A stretch of 41,786 nucleotides of DNA from Malacoraja senta (GCA_038087875.1 JAXLNO010000113.1:186001-227786); one strand, 5' to 3'. Positions 1-11,594 are shown, numbered from the stretch's first letter. Numbers and translations are program-made. Notes: a model not told the origin generated them from the sequence alone.

Positions 1-196
1 ATGACGCATGGGCTTTCCTCGAGATCTTCGGTTTCAACACTCTAAATACACTCAGGTTTGTAGGTTAATTGGCCTGGTATAAATAAATATTTTTAAATTG
101 TCCCTAGTGTGTGTAAATTAATGTGCAGGGATCGCTGGTCGGTGTGGACTCAGTGGGCCGAAGGGCCCGTTTCCGTACTGTATCTCTAAACTAAAA
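1..196 (+). mobile_element. V-SINE/HE1-type SINE, 3' portion (cut by window edge)
   Basis: Aligns with the 3' two-thirds of the complete tRNA-headed copy at 41163-41474 (GAGATCTTCGGTTTC...GGTTTGTAGGTTAATTGGC...GGGCCGAA...CTGTATCTC.AAACTAAA). Confidence 0.85.
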
Positions 197-819
197 GCTA
201 CAACCTTTTTTTTCTTTGAATCTACTCTTAATTCATTACTCAAATATCTTCCACCACTTCCATATCAGTTGAACCCAAAATTGGCAAGATTTACTTTACG
301 ACCATACCATCAGCCCCGATGTAAATATCAAACAATTCAAAAATGAAATATACTCTGTATACCAAAATCCTATTGCTGCACTAGTGTCTAATTTAATGAT
401 AACTAAAACGGAAGCATTTTGTTTATTGCATGATGTATATTAATTAGGGATTGTGCAAAATAACAAAACTACTATAAATATGAAATAATTTAATTCCAAT
501 TTCTGAAAATATCTGAAAGGCATTTCAATTGTTTCCACATAGCAAGCTCATATCACTATCATAGAAGCCTACCTGCATAGTTAAAATATTGGCATGAGAC
601 TATTTAAGAAATTATAGGCTCAAGTGCGAAGAACACTTAGAAATAAAATCATGTCAACATTGTTGACATTTCTGTGGCTGCAATATGTAGAGACTGCTGT
701 CAGCGTGTGATGGGGAGCGGCCTGTTGGGAGTGGCCTTGTTGAGAGGAAGTGCCTTGGTGAGGTAAAGTGCGAGTCTTTGGCTCAAGAGTCTTCGGCAAG
801 GAGGCTGAGGCAAGGAGGC

Positions 820-1687
820 TACACTTGCATCTGCACCTGTACTGACCACTACACTCATGGGAATTGTGTCCAGATGCAGCTCAAGGACCAATTTAGGGAA
901 CTGAAGCAGCAGCTGGATGACCTGCGGTCCATCCGGGATGACGAAAGTTTCCTGGACAGGACCTCCAGTCAGTTCGTCACTCCACGAGTGCAGGAGGTCC
1001 GACGGGTAGAGACAGAAAGAAAGGGGATTTAGCGAGTGCAGGAGACCTCGGTGGAAGTACCTCTTGAAAACAGGTACACTCTCTTGGGAGCTGTCGGGTC
1101 AGACGGTGCTTCCAGTCCGAGCAGCGGACAGGTCTGTGACTTGAATTCTAGCGCTGAAACTCCACCGGCGAGAACTAGGTCAGGCAGAGCCAGTGGTGGG
1201 TGACTCCATTGTCCGAGGTGCGGACAAAAGATTCTGTGACGACAGGCGATACTTGAGAAAGGTGTGTTGCCTCCCTGGTGCCAGGGTCCAAGATGTCTCA
1301 GAATGACTTAAGAACATCCTCGAGAGGAAAGGTGAACAGCCGGAAGTAGTCGTGCATGTCGGCATAAATGATGTGGGTAAGAGGAAGGTTCTGCAACGTT
1401 AGTATAGAGAACTAGGTAGGAAGTTGAAAATCAGGACTTCTAGGGTGGTTATCTCTGGGTTGCTTCCAGCACCTCGTGCTAGTGAGGGTAGGAACAGGGA
1501 GATAGGGGATCTGAATGTGTGGCTGAGAAGTTGGTGCAGGGGGCAGGGATTTAGATTTCTAGATCACTGGAATCTCTTCTGGGGCAGGGATGACCTGTAC
1601 AAAAGGGATGGGTTGCACGTTAATTGGGAGGGGGCCGACATTCTGGCAGGCAGGTTTGCTAGTGCTACATTAGTGGGTTTAAACTAA
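820..1687 (+). pseudogene. CR1 ORF1 (coiled coil + SGNH/GDSL esterase domain), disrupted
   Basis: Motifs VVGDSIVRG, PGARV, VVVHVGIND and DGLH are readable across stops; ORF track 778-1032 and 1424-1687. Confidence 0.85.
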
Positions 1688-1859
1688 AAAGTGAGGAGGG
1701 GGATGGAGTCAACAACATGGACGCGTATCCGTGCACCTAACAGGAAAGAGTGTAGGAAAGGTCACGTTTAAACTAATGGGGGCAGGGGGGTGGGACCCAA
1801 TGCAAGGAGACAGGTGGCCATAAAAGGAGGACAGAAGCAAAAGGTAAAAGGGGATAAGA

Positions 1860-3792
1860 AAAACTAACCTGAAAGCTTTGTGCCTTAATGCAAGGAGCAT
1901 TCAAAATGTGGATGAATTGAATGTGCAGTTAGTAGTTAAGGGATATGATATACTTGGAATTAGAGACATGGCTCCAAGGTTGGGAGCTAATCATGCAGTG
2001 GTATTCGATATTCAGGAAGGATAGACAGAGAGGAAGAGGAGGTGTGGTGGCATTGCTTGTTAAAGAGGAGATTAATGCAATAGCAAGGAGACATTAGCTT
2101 GGATGCTGTAGAATCGGTATGGGTAGAACTACGAAATAGCCAGAAAACGCTTGTTGGAGTGGTATACAGAACACCAAACAGCTGGAGGGAGGTTGGGGAT
2201 AGGGTCAAGCAGGAAATTAGTGATGTATGTAGCAAAGTGTACAGCGGTTATCATGGGTGACTTTAATCTACATATAGATTGGGCCAACCAAATTGGTAAC
2301 AGTGCTGAGGAAGAGGATTTCCTGGAATGTATACGGGATGGGTTTTTAAACCAATATGTAGAGGAACCGACTGGAGGGCAGGCCATCCTAGACTGGGTAT
2401 TGTGTAATGAGGAAGGATTAGTTAGCGATCTTGTTGTGCAAGGCCCCTTGGGCAACAGTGACCATAATATGGTGGAATTCTGCATTAGCATGGAGCGTGA
2501 TATAGTTAATTCAGAGACTAGAGACCCAAACTTGAAAAAAAGAAACTTTGAAGGTATGAGACAGGAATTGGCTTGGATAGACTGGCAAATTATACTTAAC
2601 GGGTCGACAGTCGAGATGCAATGGCGAAGATTTAAAGACCGCATGGATGAACTCCAGAAATTGTTCATCCCTGTCTGGCAAAAAATAAAACTGGGAAGAC
2701 GGCTCAACCGTGGCTGACGAGGGAAGTCAAGGATAGTGTTAAAGCCAAGGAAGAGGCATATAAATTGGCCAGAAGAAGCGGCAAACCGGAGGACTGGGAG
2801 AAATTTAGAACTCAACATAGGAGGACAAAGGGGTTAATTAAGAGGGGGGGGGGGGGAAAGAGCATGAAAGAAAGCTTGCGGGAAATATAAAAACTGACTG
2901 CAAAAGTTTCTATGGGTATGCAAAAAGGAAAAGATTAGTGAAGATGAATGCAGGTCCCTTACAGTCGGAGACAGGTGAATTTATAATGAGAAACAAGGAA
3001 ATGGCAGAACAATTAAACGAGTACTTTGGTTCTGTCTTCACTAAGGAAGACACAAACAATCTACCGGAAAGAGGAGGAACTGAAGAGAATCCACATTAGT
3101 CAGTAAATGGTGTTGGGTTAACTGTTGGGACTGAAGGCAGATAAGTCCCCAGGGCCTGATGGTCTGGATCCCAGAGTACTCAAGGTGGTGGCACGAGAAA
3201 TCGTGGATGCATTGGTGATCATTTTCCAATGTTCTCTCAACTCTGGATCAGTTCCTGTGGACTGGAGGGTAGCCAATGTAACTCCATTTTTTAAGAAAGG
3301 AGGGAGAGAGAAAACGTGGAATTTTAGACCAGTTAACCTTTCATCGGTATTGGGGAAGATGCTTGAGTCGATTGTTAAAGATGTTATAGCAGAGCATTTG
3401 GAAAACAGTGACAGGATCGGACAAAGTCAGTATGGATTTATGAAGGGGAAATCATGCTTGACTAATCTTCTGGAATTTTTTGAGGATGTAACAAGTAGAA
3501 TGGATAAGGGAGAGCCAGTTGATGTGATGTTTCTGGACTTTCAAAAAGCCTTTGACAAGGTCCCACACAAGAGATTAGTGTGCAAAATTGGAGCACATGG
3601 TATTGGGGGTAGGGTATTGACAAGGATGGAGAACTGGTTGGCACACAGGAAGCAAAGAGTAGGAATTAACGGGTCCTTTTCAGAATGGCAGGCAGTGACT
3701 GGTGGGGTGCCGCAAGGCACGGTGCTGGGACCCCAGTTGTTTACAATATATATTAACGATTTTGATGAGGGAATTCAATGTAACATCTCTGA
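1860..3792 (+). pseudogene. CR1 ORF2 (AP endonuclease + reverse transcriptase N-terminal half), frameshifted
   Basis: LNARSI start, MGDFN, ILDWVL, SDHN; RT motifs KSPGPDG, FLDFQKAFDKV, GVPQGTVLGP. Confidence 0.92.
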
Positions 3793-3892
3793 AGGGCTTG
3801 TCCCACTTTGCGATTTTTTCGGCGACTGCGAGCATCAGTGACTGACGCCCATAAAACCATCAATTTGTATGACATACACGCTTACGTATGCT

Positions 3893-4612
3893 GTCTTGGT
3901 TCTTGGTTTCTTGGTCCTCCAAAATATTCCAAATGGAATTTAAACTGGAGGTGGTGGAGGGAGGACTTAAGCCAGAAAGGGTTTTTGGGAAGAAAGAGCT
4001 ACCTTAAATTTAGTTGCATCTGGTTGGGTAACTATAGTAGGGTGGAGATTCTTCCATGCTTTAATTGTGCGGGGGAAGAATGAATTGCTGTACACATCTG
4101 TCTTGGTAGCTGGAATCACAAATTGGATCGAATGCCCTCGTCTGCTCCTAATTGGTTTGGGTTTGGTGTAGGTCTTGTAATCTATGTCGAGCTGACCATT
4201 TAACATTTTGTAAAAACAGGTCAAACGGTGAGCTTCACGTCTGTCTTGGAGAGGGTTCCATCCCCAGAGAATTCAGAAGTTTGGTAACACTCGCTTCTAT
4301 CTCATAGGTGTTAGTAACAAATCGAGCTGCCTGTCTTTGGACACGTTCGATGGAAGAAATGTTTTTATTTGTGTATGGGTCCCATGCTGCAACTGCGTAG
4401 TCCAAATGAGGTCTAACGAGGGTGAAGTATAGCTTCTCCTTGACAGAAGTTGAACAATGATGAAAGTTGCGCCTCAGAAAATTTAGGACACCTGTTGCTT
4501 TCACCGTTGCATGATGAGTCTGACCATTCCAACGCAGATCATTCTGCAATTTGATGCCAAGATACTTGGTTTGTTTGGATTCTTCAAGGGAGGTACCAAG
4601 TATATTGTACGA
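3893..4612 (-). mobile_element. 5'-truncated CR1/L2-group LINE (Crack/Daphne-like), RT C-terminus plus tail
   Basis: ORFs 4235-4549 (LYFTLVRPHLDYAVAAWDPY, IERVQRQAARFV) and 3967-4224 (NSFFPRTIKAW); short 3'UTR ending in (ACCAAGA)n. Confidence 0.8.
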
Positions 4613-4640
4613 TGTTTCGCCTGTCCTGCGGGTGACGCCC

Positions 4641-4690
4641 GGTTAGGGTCAGGGATAGGGTCAGGGCTAGGGTTACGGTTAGGGCTTGGG
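4641..4690 (+). repeat. Degenerate telomere-like (TTAGGG)n tract
   Basis: GGTTAGGGTCAGGGATAGGGTCAGGGCTAGGGTTACGGTTAGGG. Confidence 0.75.
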
Positions 4691-4894
4691 TCCACAGATG
4701 GGCTGTAAAATATTCTTCCTTCAATGCATGGATTTTAAACATTAATATATTAAATTAATACAATAAAATCAATTGTGCAAATTAAAAGATGTCTGAGTCG
4801 TTCAGTTTTATTTACAGATGTATTGGTCTGCTTCCAGATCCAATCACCATCTCTAACTTTTCACAGGGATGGATTCAGTGAGTGTAGACTGAAC

Positions 4895-5095
4895 TCCCCA
4901 CTCCCCCCCTCATCCCTCCTTCTCCACCCCCCTACCCTTCTTCCCTCCCCTCCCTTCCCTTCCCCCCTCTTCCTCCCTTCTCCCCGCTCCACTCTTCTTC
5001 CCCTTCTCCACTCCCCCCCTCCCCTCACATCCCCTTCTCCCCCTCTCCCTTCTCCCATTCTCAAACCCCCCCTCCACTTTCCACGACACCCCCCC
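4895..5095. repeat. C/T-rich low-complexity tract
   Basis: Nearly pure polypyrimidine sequence. Confidence 0.85.
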
Positions 5096-5130
5096 ATTTG
5101 TGGACCCAGCCTGCGACCAGTGATCCCATG

Positions 5131-5200
5131 TACACCATCCCACACATGCTAGGGACAATTTATACAAACCTGTGCGCCTTTGGAGTGCGGAAGGAAACCC
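5131..5200 (-). mobile_element. V-SINE/HE1 internal fragment, inverted
   Basis: CTAGGGACAATTT and TTTGGAGTGCGGAAGGAAACC are reverse complements of SINE segments at 1-196 and 41163-41474. Confidence 0.6.
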
Positions 5201-5258
5201 TAACCATACCCCTAACCCTAACCCTAGCCCTAGCCCTAGCTGTAACCCTAACCCTAGC
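5196..5258 (-). repeat. Degenerate telomere-like (CCCTAA)n tract
   Basis: AACCCTAACCATACCCTAACCCTAACCCTAGCCCTAGCCCTAG...AACCCTAACCCTAG. Confidence 0.8.
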
Positions 5259-5260
5259 TC

Positions 5261-5378
5261 TTGGTTAATAGGCTTGGTATAAGTATAAATTGTCCCTAGC
5301 GTGTGAGGGATAGTGTGCGGGGTATCGCTGGTCGGTGTGGACTCGGTGGGCCGAAGAACACTGTATCTCTGAACTAAG
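5261..5378 (+). mobile_element. V-SINE/HE1 3' fragment
   Basis: Matches 60-196 (AAATTGTCCCTAG...ATCGCTGGTCGGTGTGGACTC.GTGGGCCGAAG...CTGTATCTCT). Confidence 0.8.
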
Positions 5379-7204
5379 AGTGACACAGGGGCCCCAGGGG
5401 TTGGACTCGAACCCCCACTGTTCAGCCTGCTCCTCATGGGAACTAAACTGTTGGCCACGAGTTGTCCCAGAGGCAGAAGCAAGGCGAGGGGGGGGGGGGG
5501 GAAGGGGGAGGAGGTGTTGTTCCCAAAGTCTGCATTTATCCCATAGTCAATGTTACTAAAACAGATGTCGTCTTTGTGCAGTACTATTAGTGGGATCTAG
5601 CTGTTACAGGCTGGGTCCACAAAAGGGAGACACCGCGCGTCACTACATGCTTCACGCCGACCATGACGCGATAACCTCTTTTCAGGCTGTCGCCGAAAAT
5701 GTCGCCCAAGTGGGACCGGCCCTTAAGTTTGCAGATGACACAAAGCTGGGTGAGCTGTGAGGAGGATGCTATGAGGCTGCAGGGTGACGGATAGTTGGGT
5801 GAGTGGGCAGAAGCATGGCAAATGCAATATAATGTGAATAAATGTGAGGTTATCTACTTTGGTGGCAAGAACAGGAAGGCAGTTTATTATCTGAATGGAA
5901 GGTGCAACGAGACCTGAAAGTAAGCATGCAGGTACAGCAGGCAGTGAAGAAAGCTAATGTTGGCTTTCATTGCGAGACAATTTGAGTTTAGGAGCAACGA
6001 GGTCCTACTGCAGTTGTACAGGGCCCTGGTGAGACCGCACCTGGAGTATTGTGTGCAATTTTGGTCTAATTTGAGGAAGGACATTATTGCTATTGAGGGA
6101 GTGCAGCGTAAGTTCATCAGGTTAATTCCTGGGATGGTGGGACTGACGTATGATGAAAGAACAGGTCGACTGGGCTTGTATTCGCTGGAATTTAGGATGA
6201 GGCGGGATCTTATATAGAAACATATAAAATTCTTTGAGGATTGGACAGGGTGGATGCAGGAAAAATGTTCCCGATATTGGGGAAGTCCAGAACCAGGGGT
6301 AATAGTTTAAGAATAAGCGGTAGGCCATTTATGACTGAGATGAGGAAAAACCTTTTCACCCAGAGAGTTGTGAATGTGCCACAGAAGGCAGTGGAGGCCA
6401 ATTCACTCAATGTTTTCAAAAGAGATAGATTTAGCTCTTGGGACGAAGGGAATCAAGGGATATGGGGGAAAAAGCCAGAACGGGGTACTGATTTTGCATG
6501 GTCAGCCATGAGCAATGAGCAGGGCCGAATGGCCTACCCCTGCGCCTATTTTCTATGTTCCTATGTTCAGGCAAAATAGAGGGAACAAATATTTTGTTAA
6601 TTTGATACCCGTGTCAAAGCATCAGCTACATAAAGAGATATTTCTGGATATGCAGCAGCATATACTATCTGAATTAAACTATTTCATTTTAGATGAAAAA
6701 AATACAAACAAATATGCACCAGTTAGGAGGCTGCAAATGATCAATGCAGCATGCATCTTATTGCTATGAAAAATATTGCCATCAATTCAAATTATGATGG
6801 CACAAGAACCACAATTGTAAAGCATCTTTTTAGATCAACTATTTCCTTAGCTTTTGCTCAAATTTAAATATAAAAACAGATTTGTCAGTCTAGATTAATA
6901 CAGTATTAATTCAATCAAAATAATAATTAAAGCAGATTTAACATCTTATTTGATTGAAAGTGTAAACAAATGATGACTGCTACCATGTGAGGTTCAGCAT
7001 AAATGACAATGATTGGTTACAGGATCCAGATTTAATGGCAGTATTTGGATGGTAGTCTTCTACTCTCAAACGTATAATGTAGAAATAGTTAATTGCAGAC
7101 CCACATCTGATTCCTCAAATCTTACAATGAATTTTTAAAATACCCATTTATCTGAAGGCAAAAATAGTAGTACTTCACCAAATTTTAGAATCTCTGTTGC
7201 AAGC

Positions 7205-8556
7205 ATCGTATTGTTATACTTTGCTCCTGGGCATTCAAGTTGCTGAACCAGGCCGGGTTGCAACCAGTCAATATTCTCTCCACTGTACACCTGTAGATGT
7301 TCAAGAGAATCCTCTCTGACATACTAAATCTCCGTAATCTTCTCAGGAAGTAGAGGCGTTGAAATGCTTTCTTTATAATAAACGAGTTTGGTATTCTGAC
7401 TGCGCATGCCCAGGTCAAAGATCACTATGCATAAACAGCCCTGGAAAGCAGTAGACCTTCATTTCTTCTGTTTTTTCCAGCTTTGATTCTTCTAGGAAAG
7501 AAAATATTGCTTTCAAGCTATGAAATAGTGGTATTTATTGTTCCTTTGTTAAAAGCTAAAATGATTTTGTCATATTTATTGCTTTATTATGCTTTGGTGA
7601 GTGAGCGAGAGCATGCTCGTCCGTGGTCAGTGTCGGGCCCGGGTCTGTTGAGTTGCTGTTGTGCCGTCCCCGTCCGGATGTCTCGTCCCTATCCGGGGGT
7701 GGGCGGAGGTGTCGGGCCGGGCTTGCAGCCGGCACGGGAAGAAGGCTGAGTTGTTGCAGCGCTTTGTGTGTATCCCCATTGATGGCCGGGGGTTGGCTGC
7801 TGGCGATCCCCAGCCCGTTGGGGATTGGTGCTTCTTCTCCGTGCTGGCTGTGGGCCTGGGGCCGCTGGCGCTGTCGGTTGGCCCTGCGGGAGTTGAGCTG
7901 GGGTTCCCGCTTCTTCTCCGCGCTGGCTGTGACCGACGACACCAGCAGCCCCAGGCCCACAAGCAAGCTCAGAGAAGAAGCGCCAACTCCAGCCCAACCC
8001 CTCTCCCCGATGGGCCGGGGACTGCCAGCGGCCAACCCCCCCGGCTCCGGCGAAAGCCGAGGACCAGCCATCAAAGAGCTGCAGCAACACGGCCTTTTGT
8101 CCCGTGCCGGCTGCAAGCCCGGCCCGGCCCCTCCGGCCGCCCCCGGACAGGGACGAGACACTCAGGAGGGGACGGGGACGGGGACGACACAACAGCAACT
8201 CAACAGAGCCGGGCCCGACACCAACCACGGACAAGCACGATCATCACGCTCACTCACCAAAGCATAATAACAATTAAAACGACAAAATAATCGTAGCTTT
8301 TAACAAAGGAACAATAAATACAACTATTTCATAGTTTGAAAGCAATATTTTCTTACCTAGAAGAATCAAAGCTGGAAAAAACAGAAGAAATGAAGGTCCA
8401 CTGCTTCACTGCTTTCCAGGGCTGTTTATGTATAGTGACCTTTGATCTGGGCATGCGCAGTCGGAAGCAGTCGGAATACCGAACGCTTATTGCATCACTG
8501 TGCTAGGTCCAGAAAACATCTTTTGAAATAGGCACGCCCAGGAATTTGAAGTTTTA
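7205..8556 (-). mobile_element. Rex1/Babar-type LINE RT fragment split by the foldback element (pieces ~7205-7378 and ~8489-8556)
   Basis: IIKKAFQRLYFLRRLRRFS...YRCTVE.ILTGC in ORF 7185-7418; upstream NFKFLGV motif resumes beyond 8489. Confidence 0.75.
7379..8488. mobile_element. Foldback/MITE-like palindromic DNA element, ~1.1 kb
   Basis: Left arm ~7379-7880 is the imperfect reverse complement of right arm ~7930-8488 (e.g. CCAGCTTTGATTCTTCTAGG / CCTAGAAGAATCAAAGCTGG); inserted cleanly in a LINE. Confidence 0.88.
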
Positions 8557-8717
8557 GACACTAAATGCTAGAGTAACTCAGCATTTATAACCAATGTCCT
8601 GATGAGGCCATTGTCACTGGAATAACCAAGGTGGAGATTGTTGTATCATTTAAAGAATAATTGGATAATTATTTGGCAGAGGAATATGTACAGATGTTCG
8701 CAAAAGGACAGTCAGAG

Positions 8718-9218
8718 TCATATAGCACAGATCGTCCATGCCGATCAAGAAGCCTCGTCTGTTTCATTTGCCTGCATTTTGGCCCACTTTACTCTAAACC
8801 TTTCCTATCCATGTAGCTGTCCATGTGTCTTTTAAATGGTGCAGTTGCACCAACTACCTCCTCTGGCAGCTCATTCCATATACCCACCAACCTCTGAGTG
8901 AAAAGGTTGCCTCTGAGGTTCCTATTAAATCTTGTTCCGCTGACCTTAAACATCCTCTACTCTGGGTAAAAGACTCTGCATTCACCCTACCTTATCCCTT
9001 CATGATTTTATGCACTTCCACAAAAATCATCCCTCGGCCTTCTGCACTCCTCGGAATAAAGTCCTCGCCTGCCCAACCTTTCCGTATAGCTCAAGTCCTG
9101 GCAACATCCTCGAATATTCTCTGCAATTTTTCCAGCTTAATGACATCCTTCCTAAAGCAGGGTGAACAAAACTAAACCCAGTACTCCTGTTGCGGTCTCA
9201 CCAACATCTTGCACAACT
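8718..9218 (-). mobile_element. Old CR1 3' fragment
   Basis: Diverged reverse complement of the CR1 RT C-terminus (ORF 9152-9409 end resembles [11 protein letters not shown] in another frame). Confidence 0.65.
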
Positions 9219-9227
9219 ATTATATAA

Positions 9228-9815
9228 TGTGTCGGAAGGAACTGCAGATTGAGGTTTACATCAAAGATAGACACAAAATGTTCGAGTAATTCAGCGTGAC
9301 AGGCAGCATCTCTGGAGAGGAGTAATGGGTGATGTTTCGGGTCGAGACCCTTCTTCTGACTGAGAGTCGGGGAGAAGGAGTCTAGAGATATGGATGGGCA
9401 AGGTGTCAAAAAGATATATCAAAGCTGACAATAAGGAAATGTAGAATGATTCATTGTTAACTGAGGGGAAGGTGAAAAGGAGGCACACAATCAGTCAAAT
9501 TAATCAGAAGGACAGCAAAACTAGTTGGAGAACTTGGGTGGGGGAAGGACGAAGAGAGAGAGGGAAAGCAAGGGTTACTTGAAGTTAGAGAAATCAATAG
9601 TCAGACCGCTGAGTTGTAAGCTGCTCAAGCAAAATATAAGGTGCCCTTCCTTCAATTTGTTTTGGGCTCCATTCTGACAGCGGAGGAGCCCCAGGACAGA
9701 AAGGTCAGTGTGGGAATGGGAGGGGGAGTTAAGGAGTTTAGCAACCGGGAAATCGGGTAGGCCTAGGCGGAGGTGTTCAGCGAAACGATTGGCAAGCCTG
9801 CGCATGGTCTCGACG
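9228..9815 (-). mobile_element. Penelope-like retroelement 3' end (GIY-YIG endonuclease C-terminus + terminal repeat)
   Basis: ETMRRLANRFAEHLR...PVAKLLNSPSHSHTDLSVLGL...KLKEGHLIFCLSSLQLSGLTIDF is typical of vertebrate PLE GIY-YIG domains; terminal repeat with hammerhead-like core at 9331-9360. Confidence 0.85.
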
Positions 9816-9848
9816 ATGTCGCAACCTTTGTACTCAATACCCTTATTA

Positions 9849-11018
9849 CATAGAAACATAGAAAATATAGAAACATAGAAAATAGGTGCAGGAGTAGGCC
9901 ATTCGGCCCTTTGAGCCTGCACCGCCATTCAATATGATCATGGCTGATCATCCAACTCAGTATCCTGTACCTGCTTTCTCTCCATACCCCCTGATCCCTT
10001 TAGCCACAAGGGCCACATCTAACTCCCACTTAAATATAGCCAATGAACTGGCCTCAACTACATTCTGTGGCAGAGAATTCCAGAGATTCACCACTCTCTG
10101 TGTAAAAACATGTTTTTCTCATCTCAGTCCTAAAAGATTTACACTTTATCCTTAAACTGTGACCCCTTGTTCTGGACTTCCCCAACATCGGGAACAATCT
10201 TCCTGCATCTAGCCTGTCCAACCCCTTAAGAATTTTGTAAGTTTCTATAAGATCCCCCCTCAATCTTCTAAATTTGAGCGAGTACAAGCCGAGTCTATCC
10301 AGTCTTTCTTCATATGAAAGTACTGACATCCCAGGAATCAGTCTGGTGAACCTTCTCTGTACTCGCTCTATGGCAAGAATGTTCTTCCTCAGATTAGGAG
10401 ACCAAAACTGTACGCAATACTCCAGGTGTGGTCTCACCAAGACCCTGTACAACTGCAGTAGAACATCCCTGCGCCTATACTCAAATCCTTTTGCTATGAA
10501 TGCTAACATACCATTTGCTTTCTTCACTGCCTGCTGCACCTACATGCCTACTTTCAATGACTGGTTCACCATGACACCCAGGTCTCGTTGCATCTCCCCT
10601 TTTCCTAATCGGCCACCATTCAAGTAATAGTCTACTTTCCTGTTTTTGCCACCAAAGTGGATAACCTCACATTTTTCCACATTATACTGCATCTGCCATG
10701 CATTTGCCCACTCACCCAGCCTATCCAAGTCATCTTGCAGCCTCCTAGCACCCTCCTCACAGTTAACACTGCCCGCCCAGCTTCGTGTCATCCGCAAACT
10801 TGGAGGTGTTGCATTCAATTCCCTCGTCCAAATCATTAATATATATTGTAAATAGCTGGGGTCCCAGCACTGAGCCTTGCGGTACCCCACTAGTCACTGC
10901 CTGCCATTCTGAAAAGGACCCGTTAACTCCTACTCTTTCCTTCCTGTCTGCCAGCCAGTTCTCTATCCACATCAATACTGAACCCCCAATACCGTGTGCT
11001 TTAAGTTTGTATACTAGT
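9849..11018 (-). mobile_element. Young 5'-truncated CR1 LINE
   Basis: RT motifs [27 protein letters not shown]; (ACATAGAA)n tail at 9849-9882; nearly colinear with 36075-37220. Confidence 0.95.
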
Positions 11019-11021
11019 TAA

Positions 11022-11591
11022 AGGCCTGTCTCACGAGTCTGCGGTCATTGGCGGCGAAACGGGAAGAATCTGCCGCCATAGACCGCGCACTCGTGAGAAC
11101 GCACAATTCCGGGGCCGTGCGGCGGTGTTCCCAACACCGCATGGTGCTAAAATAAAACCTACACTGCTGAAAACTATATTCTTACCGCACAACCTCCACC
11201 AGTGATGCACGAGTGCGGCACGGCCGCCCGCACGGGCCGCCGCCAGTGTGGCTCGAGCGCTGTGCGTCAAACTTCCACTGCCACAGCCTCCGCCAGTGAG
11301 GCACGTGTGCGGCACGGCCGCAGGCACAGCCACCGCTACAGCGCCGCGATCAGGACGGCCGCCGCTCGTGAGTCACGTGCGGCGGGCCGACGTCATCGCA
11401 GTCGGCCCGCCGTTTTTTTTACTTACCGCAAGCACGTGGGACCCGCTGTATTTGAATCACTCGGCCCCCGCGCAGCATCCGTGCGGCGCTCCCGTGGATA
11501 GGCTCGGCGCTCTCGCCGTTGACGTGCGGTCCACTCTACAGGCGAAGCCGCGCTTCACCGCCGATGACCGCAAACAGGTAAGACAGAGCCT
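11022..11591. mobile_element. Harbinger/Tourist-like MITE (570 bp, CpG-rich)
   Basis: TIRs AGGCCTGTCTCACGAGTCTGCGGTCATTGGCGGCGAA / TTCACCGCCGATGACCGCAAACAGGTAAGACAGAGCCT; flanks TAA and TTA. Confidence 0.8.
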
Positions 11592-11594
11592 TTA

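Larger units (their letters stand above)
3793..5723. mobile_element. Non-autonomous PIF/Harbinger-like DNA transposon with nested or captured sequences
   Basis: ~35-bp imperfect TIRs AGGGCTTGTCCCACTTTGCGATTTTTTCGGCGAC / GTCGCCGAAAATGTCGCCCAAGTGGGACCGGCCCT; flanks TGA (3790-92) and TAA (5724-26) fit a TWA TSD; removal restores the CR1 RT frame. Confidence 0.8.
700..6567 (+). mobile_element. Near full-length CR1 LINE, degraded, interrupted at 3793-5723
   Basis: ORF1 esterase remnants, endonuclease motifs (GDFN, SDHN), RT ORF 3125-3841. RT coding resumes exactly (...CNIS|KFADD) at 5724. 3' end TTCTATGTTCCTATGTT. Confidence 0.93.

Noticed and set aside
573..635. Possible minus-strand 63-bp exon (TAAG acceptor, CAG|GTAGG donor)
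   Set aside because: Stop codons in all three frames and no supporting neighbours
2129..2818. 229-aa minus-strand ORF
   Set aside because: Antisense shadow of CR1 ORF2
4641..5258. Telomere-fusion scar
   Set aside because: Tracts are short, degenerate, ~500 bp apart and lie inside a TIR element
7126..7151. Possible minus-strand 26-nt micro-exon (TTTTTGCCTTCAG ... GTAAG)
   Set aside because: Splice-like signals this short arise by chance; cannot be supported without RNA data
7483..8290. Overlapping 180-214 aa ORFs on both strands
   Set aside because: By-product of a GC-rich palindrome; low-complexity translations without domains
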